From Eledone cirrhosa (lineage: Eukaryota), in the NCBI GenBank assembly GCA_964016885.1, contig OZ024759.1, positions 21,948,001-22,012,000 of the forward strand: a stretch of DNA of 64,000 bases. Reading direction: 5' to 3'. Shown here in pieces: positions 41,801 through 54,280 of this stretch. The number at the start of each line of letters is the position of its first letter. Position 1 is the stretch's first letter. The notes below the pieces were generated by a model. That model searched no databases. It had not been told where the DNA came from and was given only the letters and a program-made list of their open reading frames with translations. The position numbers and the translations under genes are program-made.

Positions 41801-44800
41801 GAAAAGTAATTAATGGATTAGAAAGTAGGGTTTTTTTTTATATATCCCACATTTGTAAAACTGTAGGAGAAAGAAGTTGAAAATGCAATTGGAGTCTTTA
41901 AAAAGATTTATTTACAATAACTTAACCAGTTTCATAGTTTTATGATTTTCAAATGTTAAGTGAGATGGAGATATGTGTGGTTATATAATACACACAGAAA
42001 GACAGATAATACCGAAACATGTGTATATATATGTATGATATAGAAAACAGATATATATATGAAATAAAAGAAGTGTGGAATTGTTGTTAAAGACAAGAGA
42101 GGGAGAGTGATGAATAACTAAGGGAGGAAGAGTAAGGCAATTGGAGAAAGACAGTCAGACAGAGAGGAGGGAGAGAGTGATAGGTAGAAATAAGAGGGAG
42201 GGGAAAAAGTGTTAAATGCAGAGACTGGGCATGAGAGAGAGAAAAACACACACATATTTAGAGAGGGAGAAATGTATGTTAGATAATACACATCATACAA
42301 TTCCTCAGATAATATTCTCACTGAAATAACAAACAGTCTGGCAAAGGTGTATAGAAAACTATTTTGGTATGTGTATATATGTATCATCATCATCGTCATC
42401 ATTTAACATCCATATTCCACACTAGCATGGTTTAGATGGATTGTGCCATTAGAGATAAGTTGAGTCAGGTGACTATGTCTTGCTCATATAGAACTGATTC
42501 TGGCTAGATTTCTACAGCTGGATGTCTTGTTATTGCCTGTAGGGCAATAATAAACAGTTGAGGGCTAAATTCTTCACTAGTCATTGTTAATTCTAACCTT
42601 GCTGACTGTTCCTCTATACATGACTTGTATAGCCATCTACTCCCAGTTTTCTAAGATTCCATCAGATAATGGAACAGGAAACTTTGTCAAAGCCTTTCTC
42701 GAAGTCAAGTCTCTAAGTAGAAGGATTTACTTTTGGCTAGGTACTTCTTTTGCAGTTGCCTCACAATAAAGAGAGCACCCATGGTACTTTTACTTGGCAC
42801 AAATCCAAACTGCATTTCATCTAGGTTAACTTGATCCCTAATCCACTGTGCAATAGCTCTTTCTGTGACCTTTATAACCTCTTCAACCAACTTAATGCCT
42901 CTGTCTAGAGCATCTCCTTTGCCCTTGTAGCAGTTGACAATGCCGCTGCTATGCCAATCATTGGGTATGACACCATTTTACAGTTCTGGGGGCCATGGCG
43001 TGACCCATCATCCCAGATGCAACTATCCCCAGCTGCTTTGTCTGTCTTCATATCCTTGATTGCCTTACTTACTACACTACTGCTAACTTGCACACCCGGT
43101 CCCTTTGTTGTGTCAACATGAGGCAAACTATCTTCATCCCATTCATTCTCCTCATTTAGTAGTCTTGTTAAGCGTGAAAAAATATATATTGCCACGAAAA
43201 AAGCTATTAAAAAATCGCGGAAAATATTTATGATTCCGCGAATACCAGGGTGTACACTGTATGTATATATGTATATAGGAGATATGTTTGGGGTTGTTGC
43301 TGCTAAAGAATCTGTTACAATGAAGGTTTTTGTGATATTGTGAAGCTGCACACTCACACAATTGCACATGCACGCTCTCACACACACACATATGTATATG
43401 TCTCAGTGCTTGTAAGGTGAATGACTTGTATATACACACACGCCCATGTATATGTGATGATGGTGGTGGTGGCAATTGTTACTTGCACTGTTACCACAAC
43501 CACCAACACCATCCCTGTCACCTCACCTCTGCAACCACCAACACTACCATCACCACCACCACAACTACCACCACCACCCAAATGTACCACAAGCTGTTAC
43601 ACTCATTGAGGATACATCCCTCTCTCTCTCTGACACCCCCTCTCCCAGCAAGTACCATGTTGCCTCCCCACTTCGACTGTTTTTGCAACCAGTTCTTTTG
43701 CAATTTCCTTTATTTGTCGCTCTTGTGAAAAATAGACAAATCATGATTATTTTATAGGATGGTGGATTGGCAAAATCAGTAGAGCACCAAACACCATGCT
43801 TTGTGGCGTAGTTATGTCCCTTTATGTTCTGAGTTCAAATCCTGCCGAGGTTAACTTTGCCCTTCATCCCTACGTGATTGATAAAATAAAGCACCAGTAA
43901 TGCACTGGGGTCGGTTTAATTGACTCCCTCCCAAAAAGCTATTGGATAATGTGTGCAGGGATAAAACACACTTAAAGGCCTTCTGGCCAAAGCAAAGCAA
44001 GGTGGGAACATGCCCATCTCCTCCACAGTAGCTGCAAAAGAACCATCAACATCAACAACAAAACCACCACCTCTACCACAAACAGCAACACCAATACAGG
44101 TGGAAAACATACCTCTCCCTGACATCATACAGTCAGACGCTGAGTGGTGGTTAACCATTGGCCTGCGGAAAACAAAGAGAAAGGACTTTGCCCTCAAAAC
44201 AAAACAAAAGCAGAACATTCACCTCCATCACCCACACCACCATAACAAACAAATTACATACAACCCCCAAAAATTGCACCTCCCATACACACAAAAATAA
44301 TCGAAATATCTCAAAATACATATACAAACCTGAAAAGCTCTCTGAGGCAGTTGGGGACTATTGATGGACTCTCACAAAAAGAATATATGCTGACACTCTC
44401 GTGGAGAAACCCACAACTGGTTGGAAGGAAGGATAAACCCCCACCCACCCCACCCCCTCCAAAAAGCCAAAGGTAAGTTTTCCAGCTCACTTGTTTTCTC
44501 CTACCTTATCCAACATGGCCTCTCTCAGGATAGGTAGCATAAACGCATGTGAGCTGGGGGAGGGGGGGTCTTGGAAGCAGGGCCATCTGCTCAACGACCT
44601 CAGGCCGCTGAGCATAGATTTGATGTCCATCCATCAGCAAGACCAGAATCTCTGAGGCATGAGCATTTGCACCCATTTTCATCAGCTCCGAGTTATACAC
44701 ATCTCCATGCCATCTGAGATCTGGAGGCGGAGTAGCAGTGTTGTCTTGGAGAGATCTGGATCTCGAGATACAGGACATCTTCTTGGATGCAGAAGGTTAG

Positions 44801-45947
44801 TTGGTGGTACTGGACTTGACCAGCGAAAAAGGGCATCCTTTCGGGCTAGTCGCCATCTATGCCCCAACAGGGGCAGAACCCACCTGATATCTTCCTGCGC
44901 CTGGAGACCTTTCTTGGAAGTCACGCTCTTTAGTGTTAGCAGGGGATTGGAATGGGATCTTGGATGCACGCTGGGACTGTGTGGGACTAGCAGGTAGGGG
45001 AGGAGGGTGTAAAAGCCTGGAAAAACCTGCTCAGACATTTCCCTATGTCTGACAGGTACCATCACACACATAAACACATTTACATTCACACATACAATCA
45101 CATACACATACAGTTACATAGTCACACACATAGCTACTTGTACACAGTCACACACACACAGTTACATACATAGCCACATAGCTACTTGTACAGTCACATA
45201 CACATACTGTCAATCACACACACACACACTCTCAGATATGTAGCCCAAGGCCATTCCTTTGGGCTGTTTTTTTCATATCCAACACAATGTCACCTCTCTC
45301 ACACTTTCTCTCCATTTCACCCCCCACCCCCCGGCTCTCTCCATCTCACTCGCCCTCTCTCCCACTCCTCCTCTTTCTCTATCTCACTACCTTTATCTCT
45401 CCATCTAATTCCCTCTCTTTCTCCAGCTATCTCACCCCCGCTCCTCCCTCTCTCCCCAATCTCATTCCCTCACTCCCTCTCTCTCTCACTACCTTTATCT
45501 CTCCATCTAATTCCCTCTCTTTCTCCAGCTATCTCACCCCCGCTCCTCCATCTCACTCCCCCTCTCCCCATCTCCCTCTCTCTCACTACCTTTATCTCTC
45601 CATCTAATTCCCTCTCTTTCTCCAGCTATCTCACCCCCCTCTCCTCCATCTCACTCCCTCTCTCTTTCTCTCTCCATCTAATTCCCTCTCTTTTTCCAGC
45701 TATCTCACTCCCTCCCCCTCTCCCCCCCCCCCCTCTCTCTCTTGCTATCTCTCCATTTCCCTCTCTTTCTCTGGCTATCTCACTTCTCTCTCTCACTCCA
45801 TCTCCCTCAACTGTTCTACATTCCAGTAAGTGTAGAAAGAAGTACAGTAAAGTTTACATACATATCTTTCATATGTAATATAATACACACTTCTCTTCTG
45901 CTGTTTATTGTTAGTTAAATCTCTCTGTCTACATGTATGTATATAGG

Positions 45948-45986
<39 letters not shown>

Positions 45987-48970
45987 GTGTGTGTGTCTGT
46001 CTACAATGTATGTATATAGGCTTCTCTCTTTATATATATGTGTGTGTGTGTGTCTGTCTGTCTACATATATGTATATAGGTCTCCCTCTCTCTCTATATA
46101 TATGTGTATGTGTATGTGTGCATATATATTCATATATATACTAGCAGTGGTACCCGGCGTTGCACAGGATAAGGTATGTGAAATATATAACCGCCTTAGC
46201 TAAGCTTAGTATTGCCACAACCACGGCTGGCAAAGAAGTAAGGGTCTGGTGGTACGTAAGTAAGCAACACTGTAGCTTAAAATGTGAGGAAGAAGTTGTG
46301 TGCACTTACCAACTGTTTGGGGAATGAGTGTGAGATTTGTCTTGAGCAAGGGTGGCAGAATAACTGGAGGCAGCAGACAGCCAGACATACCAACATATAA
46401 GGGCGCGACGTTATATGTATGTATCTATCTAGGGCAATGAAAATTTGAAATTTATTTTGCTCAGAACACTCCCTGAAACATAAGTATTACATGTGTAAAG
46501 TTTGAAAACAGTCGGTTGGGTGCTTCTCTAGTTTTAGGGATCTCACACACAGACAGACATCCTCAGTTTTATATATATAGATATCAATGATATTAATAAA
46601 TGGAAACTATATTTATAAAACCATATTTATTTTATTATATATATTTCAAGGGTACCAAAACTTTGGTATGCTCTCATCAGATAAAATACAAAATTTGTTT
46701 TATACATGGTGACATTCTCAAGAAACCAGACCTTATCAGTTCAGGTTCAATTTGGACTATCCATGTGTACAAGCTAAGCCAGAAACACTTCTAAATGAGC
46801 AAGACATGGTCATCTGATCAGATTTCTCTCACATCAGGACAACTTGTCTAACCCATGCTAGCATGAAAAATGGACGTTAAATGATGATACAAAAATAAGC
46901 TTGTCTTTGTAGAAGGTTTGAAGCATAAAAAGAACATCATGAACAACACTACATCATTTACATTGTAAACATAATTTCAATAACAAATATAAATACTTCT
47001 TCGAAACAACAATTTCATGCCAGAGAATGAGTAATGTTCAAAAGTGTTTAACCCTTTAGCATTTACATTACTTTATATATACTATTACATTTTCACAGTA
47101 AACACTTTACCTCACATAATATCGATTTTGATATTATTTATTTTGAGAATAATATCTTAATAATATGAACAGCCGGTTTGAACAGAAAGGGGTGAGAGAA
47201 TTCTGGCCAGACACGGCTGGTTTAAATGCTAAAGGGTTATATAAATATATGTGGGTGTGTGCATTCAGAGATGATGACATCACATCAATGATACTGCTCC
47301 CATTGAAATATCTATGTACTTCCTTTGCCTATCCTTCAGAGTAATCATGCATGCCTGCTTCGGAACAAGTGTGGTTAGCCATGTGAAAAAGATCTATAAA
47401 CATGTTTGTTTGTTATGGTCTACTGGTTGATACCAGATTTCTTTTGTGGGTGGGAATGCAGGTCTTCAAACTGTTGACACTCAAAGCATTGGTCCTTGCT
47501 TGAAGTACGCCCCATAAAAAATAATCAAGAAGGTTGAGATCTGGGCTATTATTGGGCCAGAAGTTGGCTTCACAAAAAATGGTGCCTTCTCACCAAGGAA
47601 GGTCTGTGTTGCTTTTGACCTATGGCATGGTGCAGAAACCTGGATAAGTACCACATTGACAAGGCCAAACTTCTGCTCCATTCAAGGTAACAGAGTTCTT
47701 CAGGATGTCCAGATACTCCTTTGTGCCGATCTTTAAGCCAGACTCAATGAAGTGTGTATCCATGACACTCCTATCACTCGCCACAGCTCCAAATATCATC
47801 ACAGGGGCAGGATTCTTAGTCTCAAACACAAGCGGGACGTCAGAAGGGTTGATTACAATCACTCAAGAATTTCTGCGATTCACCTCAGCATCCACAGTGA
47901 ACTTCTTCTCATCAACAAAGACGAGAGTTTTTCCTGCACCTTGATGCTTGATGGATGACAGAAGCTTTGAGCATCCCTCGGCTCTGATTGCTTTGGTCTT
48001 GGCCGTTAAGAGGTGATGGCATCTCAAACAGCTATTCATGCCAAGGTTCCTGTTCACAGCCCTGGACACCATGGAAAGGGACACATTGTGTTTCTTTGCA
48101 AGACTTGTCATGGATGTGGATGAGTTGGCTTCAATCAAGCATCTGAAGCCAGCATGATAAACTGTTGCTTTTGGAAATTTTGTCAACTTAACAATTTTAT
48201 TGGCAGTGCGCCCGGCGTGCACCAAAACAACAATGGCGAAATGGTTCTGTTGTTCCATGACTTTCTGTTGTTTAATCTGTTTGCTATTTACCTGAAAAAT
48301 AAAGAGGAGGATTAGATTTTCAAGCAAGCAAGGTTTTATCAAAAGATGAAATGTTAAACCCACTAAGTCAACTGCTTAAAATTGGTCTCAATTTATCTGC
48401 AAGACCCTTTATTATATTGGTGCTAAGAAGGGCATCCAACTGTAGAAATCAAGCTAAAATCAGTTCTGTACGAGCAAGATATGGTCACCTGATCTGGCAT
48501 TGCTCACAACAGGATAACTTGTCTAACTCATGCCAGCATGGAAAAATGGACGTTAAATGATGATGATGATATATGTATATATATATGTGTGTGTTGTGTA
48601 TAGTGTTTGTTTCATTCTATATTTCAGATACCTGTCTTCTGTAGAAGATCATCTCACAGACCTGGCTGTCCGACACATGCCAGCAATATTACATACACTA
48701 GAGAATAATTTATCTGGTAAGTACCACAACTACTGCATTGTACCACACTACACTATACTACACCACACCACCACACTTCACTACACTACCTCACCTGAGT
48801 TTCATGGGATCAGCAAGTTTTTATATATATATATGCACGTGCATATACACATGCATATGTATATATATATTTATATATGTGTGTATATATATATGCAGAA
48901 GTTATATTTATTGAAATATATATAATAAAATAATTATGGTTTTATAAATATAGTTTCCATTTATTAATAT

Positions 48971-49023
<53 letters not shown>

Positions 49024-50076
49024 ACACACACACACAGATAAAGAGACTAAGATGACCTTACAACAGTTTTTAATGTTATTTTTATCTCTAAATCTAACAT
49101 TTTATATATTTATCTCTTCTTAAAAGGGATTGCTCCGTCATTGGACAGCTACGTTTTCTTCAAGGTGAACAAAGATGTTGATGGTGTGTTAATAGAAGAA
49201 GATACAGTGGAAGCTGAGTAAGTAACTTGTGTCTTTCATGTAGTCTAAAGCCTGTCTTGGGCCTAGAGGTTCATCAGGCCGATATTTATCCTGGTTTCTG
49301 TGGCATGAAGTAATTGAGAGTACAAGACTTTCCCTGGACAGGATGTCAGTCCATCACAGGGTTAACGTTTTTCACAAGCCTGGAAGCTCATCAATGCGAT
49401 GCTTATTCTGGTTTCTGCGACGTTAAGTGACCGAGAGTACAAGACTCACCTCTGGACAGGACACCAGTCCATCGGAGGGTTAAAGTCTATCTCGAGCCTA
49501 GAGATTCATCAAGCCAGTGTTTATCCTGGTTTGGGAGCTTTTTGTCGTGACACCAACATGACTTCTTTACAGTGTGGACTGGGTGCTGGGGTGGAGGAAG
49601 TGTGTGCATGTAGGGTGGGGATTGGACAGGTAGATCAAAGGTGGGGCACTGGTTGGTGATGGGTGGAGTCATTATCATCATCATTACCGTCTTATGTCCA
49701 TTTTCCACACTAGCATGAGTTAGACGAATTGTTCTGTAATGGGCAATGCCAGGTCAAATGATGATGTCTTGCTCATACAGAACTGATTTTGGCTTGGTTT
49801 CTATAGCTAGATGCCCTCCCTAGTGCAAACCACCTTACAGTGTGAACTGGGTGCTTTTTTATTGTGACACCTACAAAACCACTTTACAGTGTGAACTGGG
49901 TGCTTTTTGTCGTGACACCTACACAACCACTTTACAGTGTGGACTATTTCTCTTAATCTGTTTTTTATCTATTTGACAGAAATGAAATTGTGGATTTAAA
50001 GACAGGGGACCAACATATAATGAGGTACCAACCAATCGAATCCTTGGTTACATCTTCAGATATCAGTCTAATTTAA
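32028..50076 (+). CDS. GINS4: GINS complex subunit 4 (SLD5), complete 7-exon gene: join(32028-32120,35446-35592,37160-37213,37565-37659,48628-48716,49127-49217,49980-50076), 221 aa
   Basis: Manual splice reconstruction gives 666 nt in one frame, all introns GT..AG with matching phases. Protein MADLGLSLDF...AWLNEKFSPVLL..IHRMELDRVRFVLNSYLRTRLEKIQSY..SPAELVFAKEY..PSLDSYVFFKV..VDLKTGDQHIMRYQPIESLVTSSDISLI* carries the diagnostic SLD5 motifs (AWxNEKxxP, ExxRxRxxLxSYLRxRLxKI, PxLDxYVF, GxQHxxRY). Confidence 0.96.
33850..34970 (+). mobile_element. RTE/BovB-like LINE remnant with (ATG)n tail
   Basis: MKNGKAVG..EVLK, YRGIKL, QERRLHWYRHV, GSCSRGRRRKTW; GINS4 intron 1. Confidence 0.85.
35446..35592 (+). 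CDS. GINS4: GINS4 exon 2 (AWLNEKFSPVLL...NIHRME)
   Basis: Polypyrimidine tract + ccag acceptor; GAG|gtaagt donor; AWLNEKFSP motif. Confidence 0.96.
35860..37135. repeat. ~22-26 bp minisatellite CACCCATCA(G/A)T..ATATATA in GINS4 intron 2
   Basis: Directly visible; interrupted by the SINE at 36607. Confidence 0.92.
36607..36794 (+). mobile_element. Full-length tRNA-related SINE (Nin/Deu-like central domain) inserted in a minisatellite
   Basis: GAGTTCAAATCC B-box, GCCTTTCATCCTTACGGGGTCGATAAAATAAAGTACC domain, duplicated CAATATTATATATATACA flanks; many relatives (15890, 16465, 16630, 24857, 32410, 32525, 33260, 43757, 53368). Confidence 0.85.
37160..37213 (+). CDS. GINS4: GINS4 exon 3 (LDRVRFVLNSYLRTRLEK)
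   Basis: ttctag acceptor, AAG|gtaagg donor, conserved SYLRxRL motif. Confidence 0.96.
37565..37659 (+). CDS. GINS4: GINS4 exon 4 (IQSYTAYYLNKDNGENEEQSLFSPAELVFAKE)
   Basis: ctctag acceptor, GA|gtaagt donor, SPxExxFAKE motif. Confidence 0.93.
39161..39219 (-). ncRNA. Minimal type I hammerhead ribozyme motif (antisense in GINS4 intron 4)
   Basis: Reverse complement TTTTAT-CTGATGA-GAGCATACC..GGTACGCTT-GAAA-TATATA-TA-ATAAAA; 6-bp stem I, ~9-bp stem II, palindromic stem III loop. Confidence 0.7.
40087..40395 (-). mobile_element. RTE/BovB-like LINE 3' fragment
   Basis: RRLRWYGHVMRMKDDSCIKKC..GVGRPRKTW. Confidence 0.8.
41007..41360. mobile_element. Tigger/pogo-like non-autonomous DNA element
   Basis: TACAGT.. 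terminus; related pieces at 43160-43260 and 61017-61120. Confidence 0.5.
42530..43150 (-). mobile_element. RTE/BovB-like LINE RT fragment
   Basis: LLNEENEW, AIKDMKTDKAAG, LDEMQFGFVPSKSTMGALFIVRQLQKKY. Confidence 0.82.
46138..46582 (+). mobile_element. Helitron/Helentron-like non-autonomous element
   Basis: 5' ACTAGCAGTGGTACCCGGCGTTGC and 3' AAGTTTGAAAACAGTCGG..ACAGACAGAC..TTTTATATATATAGAT resemble HINE/DINE-type ends. Confidence 0.5.
46630..46686 (-). ncRNA. Minimal type I hammerhead ribozyme motif (antisense in GINS4 intron 4)
   Basis: Reverse complement TTTTAT-CTGATGA-GAGCATACCAAAGTTTTGGTACCCTT-GAAA-TATATA-TA-ATAAAA. Confidence 0.68.
47052..47236. mobile_element. piggyBac-type MITE
   Basis: TTAA-CCCTTTAGCATTT...AAATGCTAAAGGG-TTAT; inverted sister copy at 58330-58532. 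Confidence 0.8.
47330..48410 (-). pseudogene. Decayed Tc1/mariner (DD37D maT-like) transposase
   Basis: HTH-like N-terminus, VFVDEKKFTVDAEVNRRNS, KNPAPVMIFGAVAS, SAPCHRSKATQ; frameshifted across three ORFs. Confidence 0.85.
48628..48716 (+). CDS. GINS4: GINS4 exon 5 (YLSSVEDHLTDLAVRHMPAILHTLENNLS)
   Basis: tttcag acceptor, G|gtaagt donor; phase 2 in, phase 1 out; HLxxLAxxHMP motif. Confidence 0.93.
49127..49217 (+). CDS. GINS4: GINS4 exon 6 (GIAPSLDSYVFFKVNKDVDGVLIEEDTVEAE)
   Basis: taaaag acceptor, GA|gtaagt donor, PxLDSYVF motif. Confidence 0.92.
49980..50076 (+). CDS. GINS4: GINS4 exon 7 (NEIVDLKTGDQHIMRYQPIESLVTSSDISLI*)
   Basis: gacag acceptor; SLD5 C-terminal B-domain motif; TAA stop at 50074-50076; AATAAA at 50086-50091. 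Confidence 0.94.
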
Positions 50077-50697
50077 AAAGAATTAAATAAAATTATATTT
50101 TCTCACATTAAATTTTCTCTATGTATATGTATCTATGTCAGGTCATTCTCAAGTGTTACTGATAACATGTAACCCAGTACATGTCTCATGGTTGGGTCGT
50201 CGGCGACTAAACTCGCAACCTCACCAAGCATGCTTGGTGAGGAGGGTGATATTTGGATATCCAGCAGGATGAAATACAAGAGTCAACAGCCATCCAAATA
50301 TTTTTTTTTTCTAACCTGGAAGTGAAAGGCTCCCAGTTGTCAAAACACCTTTCTAAGAGAGAGAAACTCTGAAAAAAAAACCTGCATCTTCGGAAGCATC
50401 CGATGATATTGACCAGTTCTCCTTTTCGGGTAGTGTTTTCGATGTTTAGAGAGTGGGATTGGTCGAGTGCAAGGCCTTTCCTCACTTAAAAAAAACCTTC
50501 AAAGCACAGGCATTGCTTGTTCAGGATCTGTTACAGGTTCGTGTTGTTGGCCATAGCCTAAAAGTGCACCATTTTCTGTAATCTGACAAGCGATTGCAAT
50601 ACTCTTAGCAGAGTTTGCAGCCATCATGTATGAATGTGTGTATGTATGTATGGCAGTATATGGGTGTGTGAGACAGATGCATACACATACATGCATA

Positions 50698-50886
50698 TGA
50701 GGGTCAGCTGAAAATTTCATCCATGACACTCTCATGGAATGACCAAATGAGGTTTATTTTTCAACATAGTCCCTGGAAATAAACAATGCAGTTATTAATA
50801 AGAAGAGTTGAAATTAATGCATGCAAGATTTCACAGCCTTAGCATCACAGTTTCATAGTCAGCCTATGATCTTTTCAGCTGACTCG
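50698..50886. mobile_element. Mariner-type MITE (sister of 13279)
   Basis: TA-TGAGGGTCAGCTGAAAA...TTTTCAGCTGACTCG-TA. Confidence 0.75.
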
Positions 50887-50967
50887 TATTTACGTATATA
50901 CTTATCCACACATATGCATATAGGTGTCACAATTGACATGTAGTTGGGGTGCATACCACCACCACTG

Positions 50968-51445
50968 GTCACAGTGTTGTGACCTGATACAAAGAAGGGT
51001 CACAGTGTTGTCTGATACAGAGAAGGGTCACAGTGTTGTTACTTGATACAAAGAAGGGTCACAGTGTTGTCTGATACAGAGAAGGGTCACAGTGTTACTT
51101 GATACAAAGAAGGGTCACAGTGTTGTCTGATACAGAGAAGGGTCACAGTGTTGTTACTTGATACAAAGAAGGGTCACTGTTGTCTGATACAGAAAGGTTG
51201 CAGTGTTGTTACTTGATACAAAGAAGAGTCACAATGTTGAGGTCTGGTACAGAGAAGGGTCAGTGTTGTCTGATACAGAGAAAGGTCGCAATGTTGTTAC
51301 TTGATACAGAGAAGGGTCACAGTGTTGAGGCCTGATACAGAGAAGGGTCGCAGTGATGTCGCCTGATACAGAGAAGTGTCACAGTTTTGTCACTTGATAC
51401 AGAGAAAGGTCGCACTGTTGTGGTCTGATACAGAGAAGGGTCACA
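50968..51445. repeat. 28-31 bp minisatellite TGATACAGAGAAGGGTCACAGTGTTG
   Basis: Directly visible. Confidence 0.9.
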
Positions 51446-52471
51446 AGTGTTCTGGCCTGTCCAGTATTTGACGTTGGTTCTCAGCTATCACCACTGCCCT
51501 CTGACATAGACGAAATGGTCAATGGTCGCAGTGTTCTGATTTGTCTAGTCCTTGGTGTCGTCACTTAATAGGTGCCAATACCGTCAGTCAACTATCCTGT
51601 AAGACTGTGGGTGACCAGCGCTGTATCCAGGGGCAGATTTAACTTTCATAAACATCCAGAGTAAAAATGTCAACTTTCGCTGTCCCTCCCTCCTTTCCCC
51701 ACCTTGTGGTTTGTGGTGACATTCGTTCTTATCATTTGGTTTGGTGTTAGTGGTGGTGGTGATGTTGATTGAGGTAGATAGATAGAAAGATATAACGCAA
51801 TAAATATGTGATAATGGTAGATTATGAGTGAACAACTGGGTATGGTATGTGTGGCTGTGGCCAAGAGAGAGAAAGAGTAAGAGAGATATGTCAGGGTAAA
51901 AGGCATCTTTAACAGCACCGTTATCATCATAACAACCACTACTACTACTACTGCTGCTACTACCATTACTACTACAGTTATCAGATAGCACCACCTCCAC
52001 CTTTTTATTACTATTTCCATCCACAACTACTAACACTGCTATCACTATCTCCAATATCCTCTCTCTATATATACATACTAATACTACTGACATCATCATC
52101 GTCGTCATCATAACCTAATACTGCGCTTTCAATAGAGAAGACAGAAAAACGAACGGGGGAAAGTACCAACAAACAAAACCGACTACAACACAACATAAAT
52201 CGAAAAGCCACATTTGTATTAGTATATTTATTTATTTATACATAGAGAGAGAGCAACCAACCGGAGCTTGTGCTATATTTTCTCTGTATTTCTTCGGTAA
52301 TACTAAACTGGAGCCAAATAGTAAAAGAGTGGTGGGGGGTTGAGTACTAAAAGCAAAGAGAAAAGAAAAAAAATAGCGACGGGGGACGGCGGCCTTGATT
52401 TGCGTGCTTACCGCTCAGCGATTTGCTAGACTCTTTAAAAGAATATATACATAAGTATATATACACTCACA

Positions 52472-52521
<50 letters not shown>

Positions 52522-52786
52522 CACACACACGCGCACTATATACATATTTGCGCTAAACCAACCGGAGTGTGTTACCCTTAGTTGTTAATAGTTTTTAGTG
52601 TGCCAGAAACCATCGTCTCGTCTTCATCGTCTTCGCTTGTTGTCCTGTTCGTTGTTGTCTGAATTGGAACTTTTTTTTCTTTTTCTTAAATGTTTCTCTT
52701 TCTTATTTACAAAATCTAAATCTTGAGTTGATAAAAATTAAAATATTGCTAAAACATAAACTATCAGCAACAACAAACACGCAAAT

Positions 52787-52825
52787 ATGCCTTCAACTCC
52801 GGAACAAATAGCTCGTTATGAAAAG
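52787..52825 (+). CDS. Probable first coding exon of an unidentified gene (MPSTPEQIARYEK); loosely resembles the N-terminal helix of calmodulin-like EF-hand proteins
   Basis: AAATATG start context, AAG|gtaaat donor; preceded by CpG-containing unique sequence and a TTAGTT initiator-like motif near 52578. No convincing downstream exon found in the window. Confidence 0.5.
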
Positions 52826-54020
52826 GTAAATATTAAAAATTACTTTCATATTTATTACATCTCTTGAAAGTATTAATCTGTTGATTGATTGAAAAATTGT
52901 TTTTTTTTTCTAAACATCCGTGGTTTTTTTAGGGCTTCCTCTTCTACTTTGATTCGTTTTAAAACACTTCCAATATTTACAGTTATGGTTTCGTTTTCTA
53001 GTAATTTCCCTCCCATCTGTTTCCCCTATGGCAAATTTACACCTCATCATCATCATGGTTAATTGTAGTAGTAGTTTATGATATTGTTAAACGATCACTA
53101 CCGCAGTTGTTTGTGTGTTTGGAAGAGTAGAAACTTCTGAATGTAATACGAAAGACAATATCGTGTTAAGTTCAAAAAATCTGTTGGGTTCAATTTTACT
53201 TCTCACTCGTCATACATACACTCGCGCACCTGTCCAATAAAACGGTGTCAATTAAAAAGACAATATCAATCCCCCGCCAAAAATAAGGCCTTATTCGTTA
53301 AAATCAACTTTCTCTTCCTCTTCAAATTGCTAGCCTTGTCCCCCAAAACAGAAACAATTGTTATTATATGGTGGATTGACAGTAAAATTGTTAAAGGATC
53401 GGACAACATTATTAGCAGTATTTGTTCCGGCTTTTTACGTTCTGAGTTCAAATCCTGCTGAGGTCAAGCTTTGCCTTTCATCCTTACAGGATCGATAAAA
53501 TAAATCACCAGTAATGCACTGGGATCAGTTTAATCGACTTTCCCCTCCCTTTAATCGTTGGCCTTGTGTCCATATCAGAAACCATTATTATTATTATTAT
53601 AAATAATGTTATTCGAATGAAGAACGAAACTCGACTGGTCATCTGTTGAAATATTGTTGTGGGTCAATGTTTGCCTTTCATTATACTGAGATCGATTAAA
53701 TCAATCATAACCTTTCCACAGCTCTGTCGCAGGTTAAAATATTATCTTTAATGATTACTTAGGTTTTATATAACGATATTATTAGCTCAATTCAAAGATT
53801 TTTAATATATACACGTAAATGTGTGTATGTATGTATATGTAAATAGATGTTAACATGTATATAGAAATATATAGCGCATTACACGCATCTCTCTCTCTCT
53901 CTCTCGCTATATGTATATATATAACATCTGTATGTAAACATTGATAGAGATTATATAACATGTGTATGTAAACATTGATAGAGATTATATAACGCGTATA
54001 TATATATATATATATATATT

Positions 54021-54099
54021 CAGTGTGTCCCAAAAAATGTATACACACTTCAACAGCATTCTAATAAATATGTGTATATTTTTGGGGGGGGACACCCTG
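54021..54099. mobile_element. Short Tc1-type MITE
   Basis: CAGTGTGTCCCAAAAAATGTATACAC...GTGTATATTTTTGGGG..GACACCCTG-TA. Confidence 0.6.
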
Positions 54100-54228
54100 T
54101 ATATAGCATGTTGCTAACATACATGTGCATATATAAGTATATACATACAGACACACACACACGTACATAAAAAGATTGTGTATGCAGATATCTGTTATAA
54201 AATTGTTATACGCAGATATGTGTATATA

Positions 54229-54280
<52 letters not shown>

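Noticed and set aside
43960-45060. GC-richer ORFs inside GINS4 intron 4 as a nested host gene
   Set aside because: Frameshifted, no coherent splice structure; loosely resembles Tx1-type ORF1 remnants but too weak to call.
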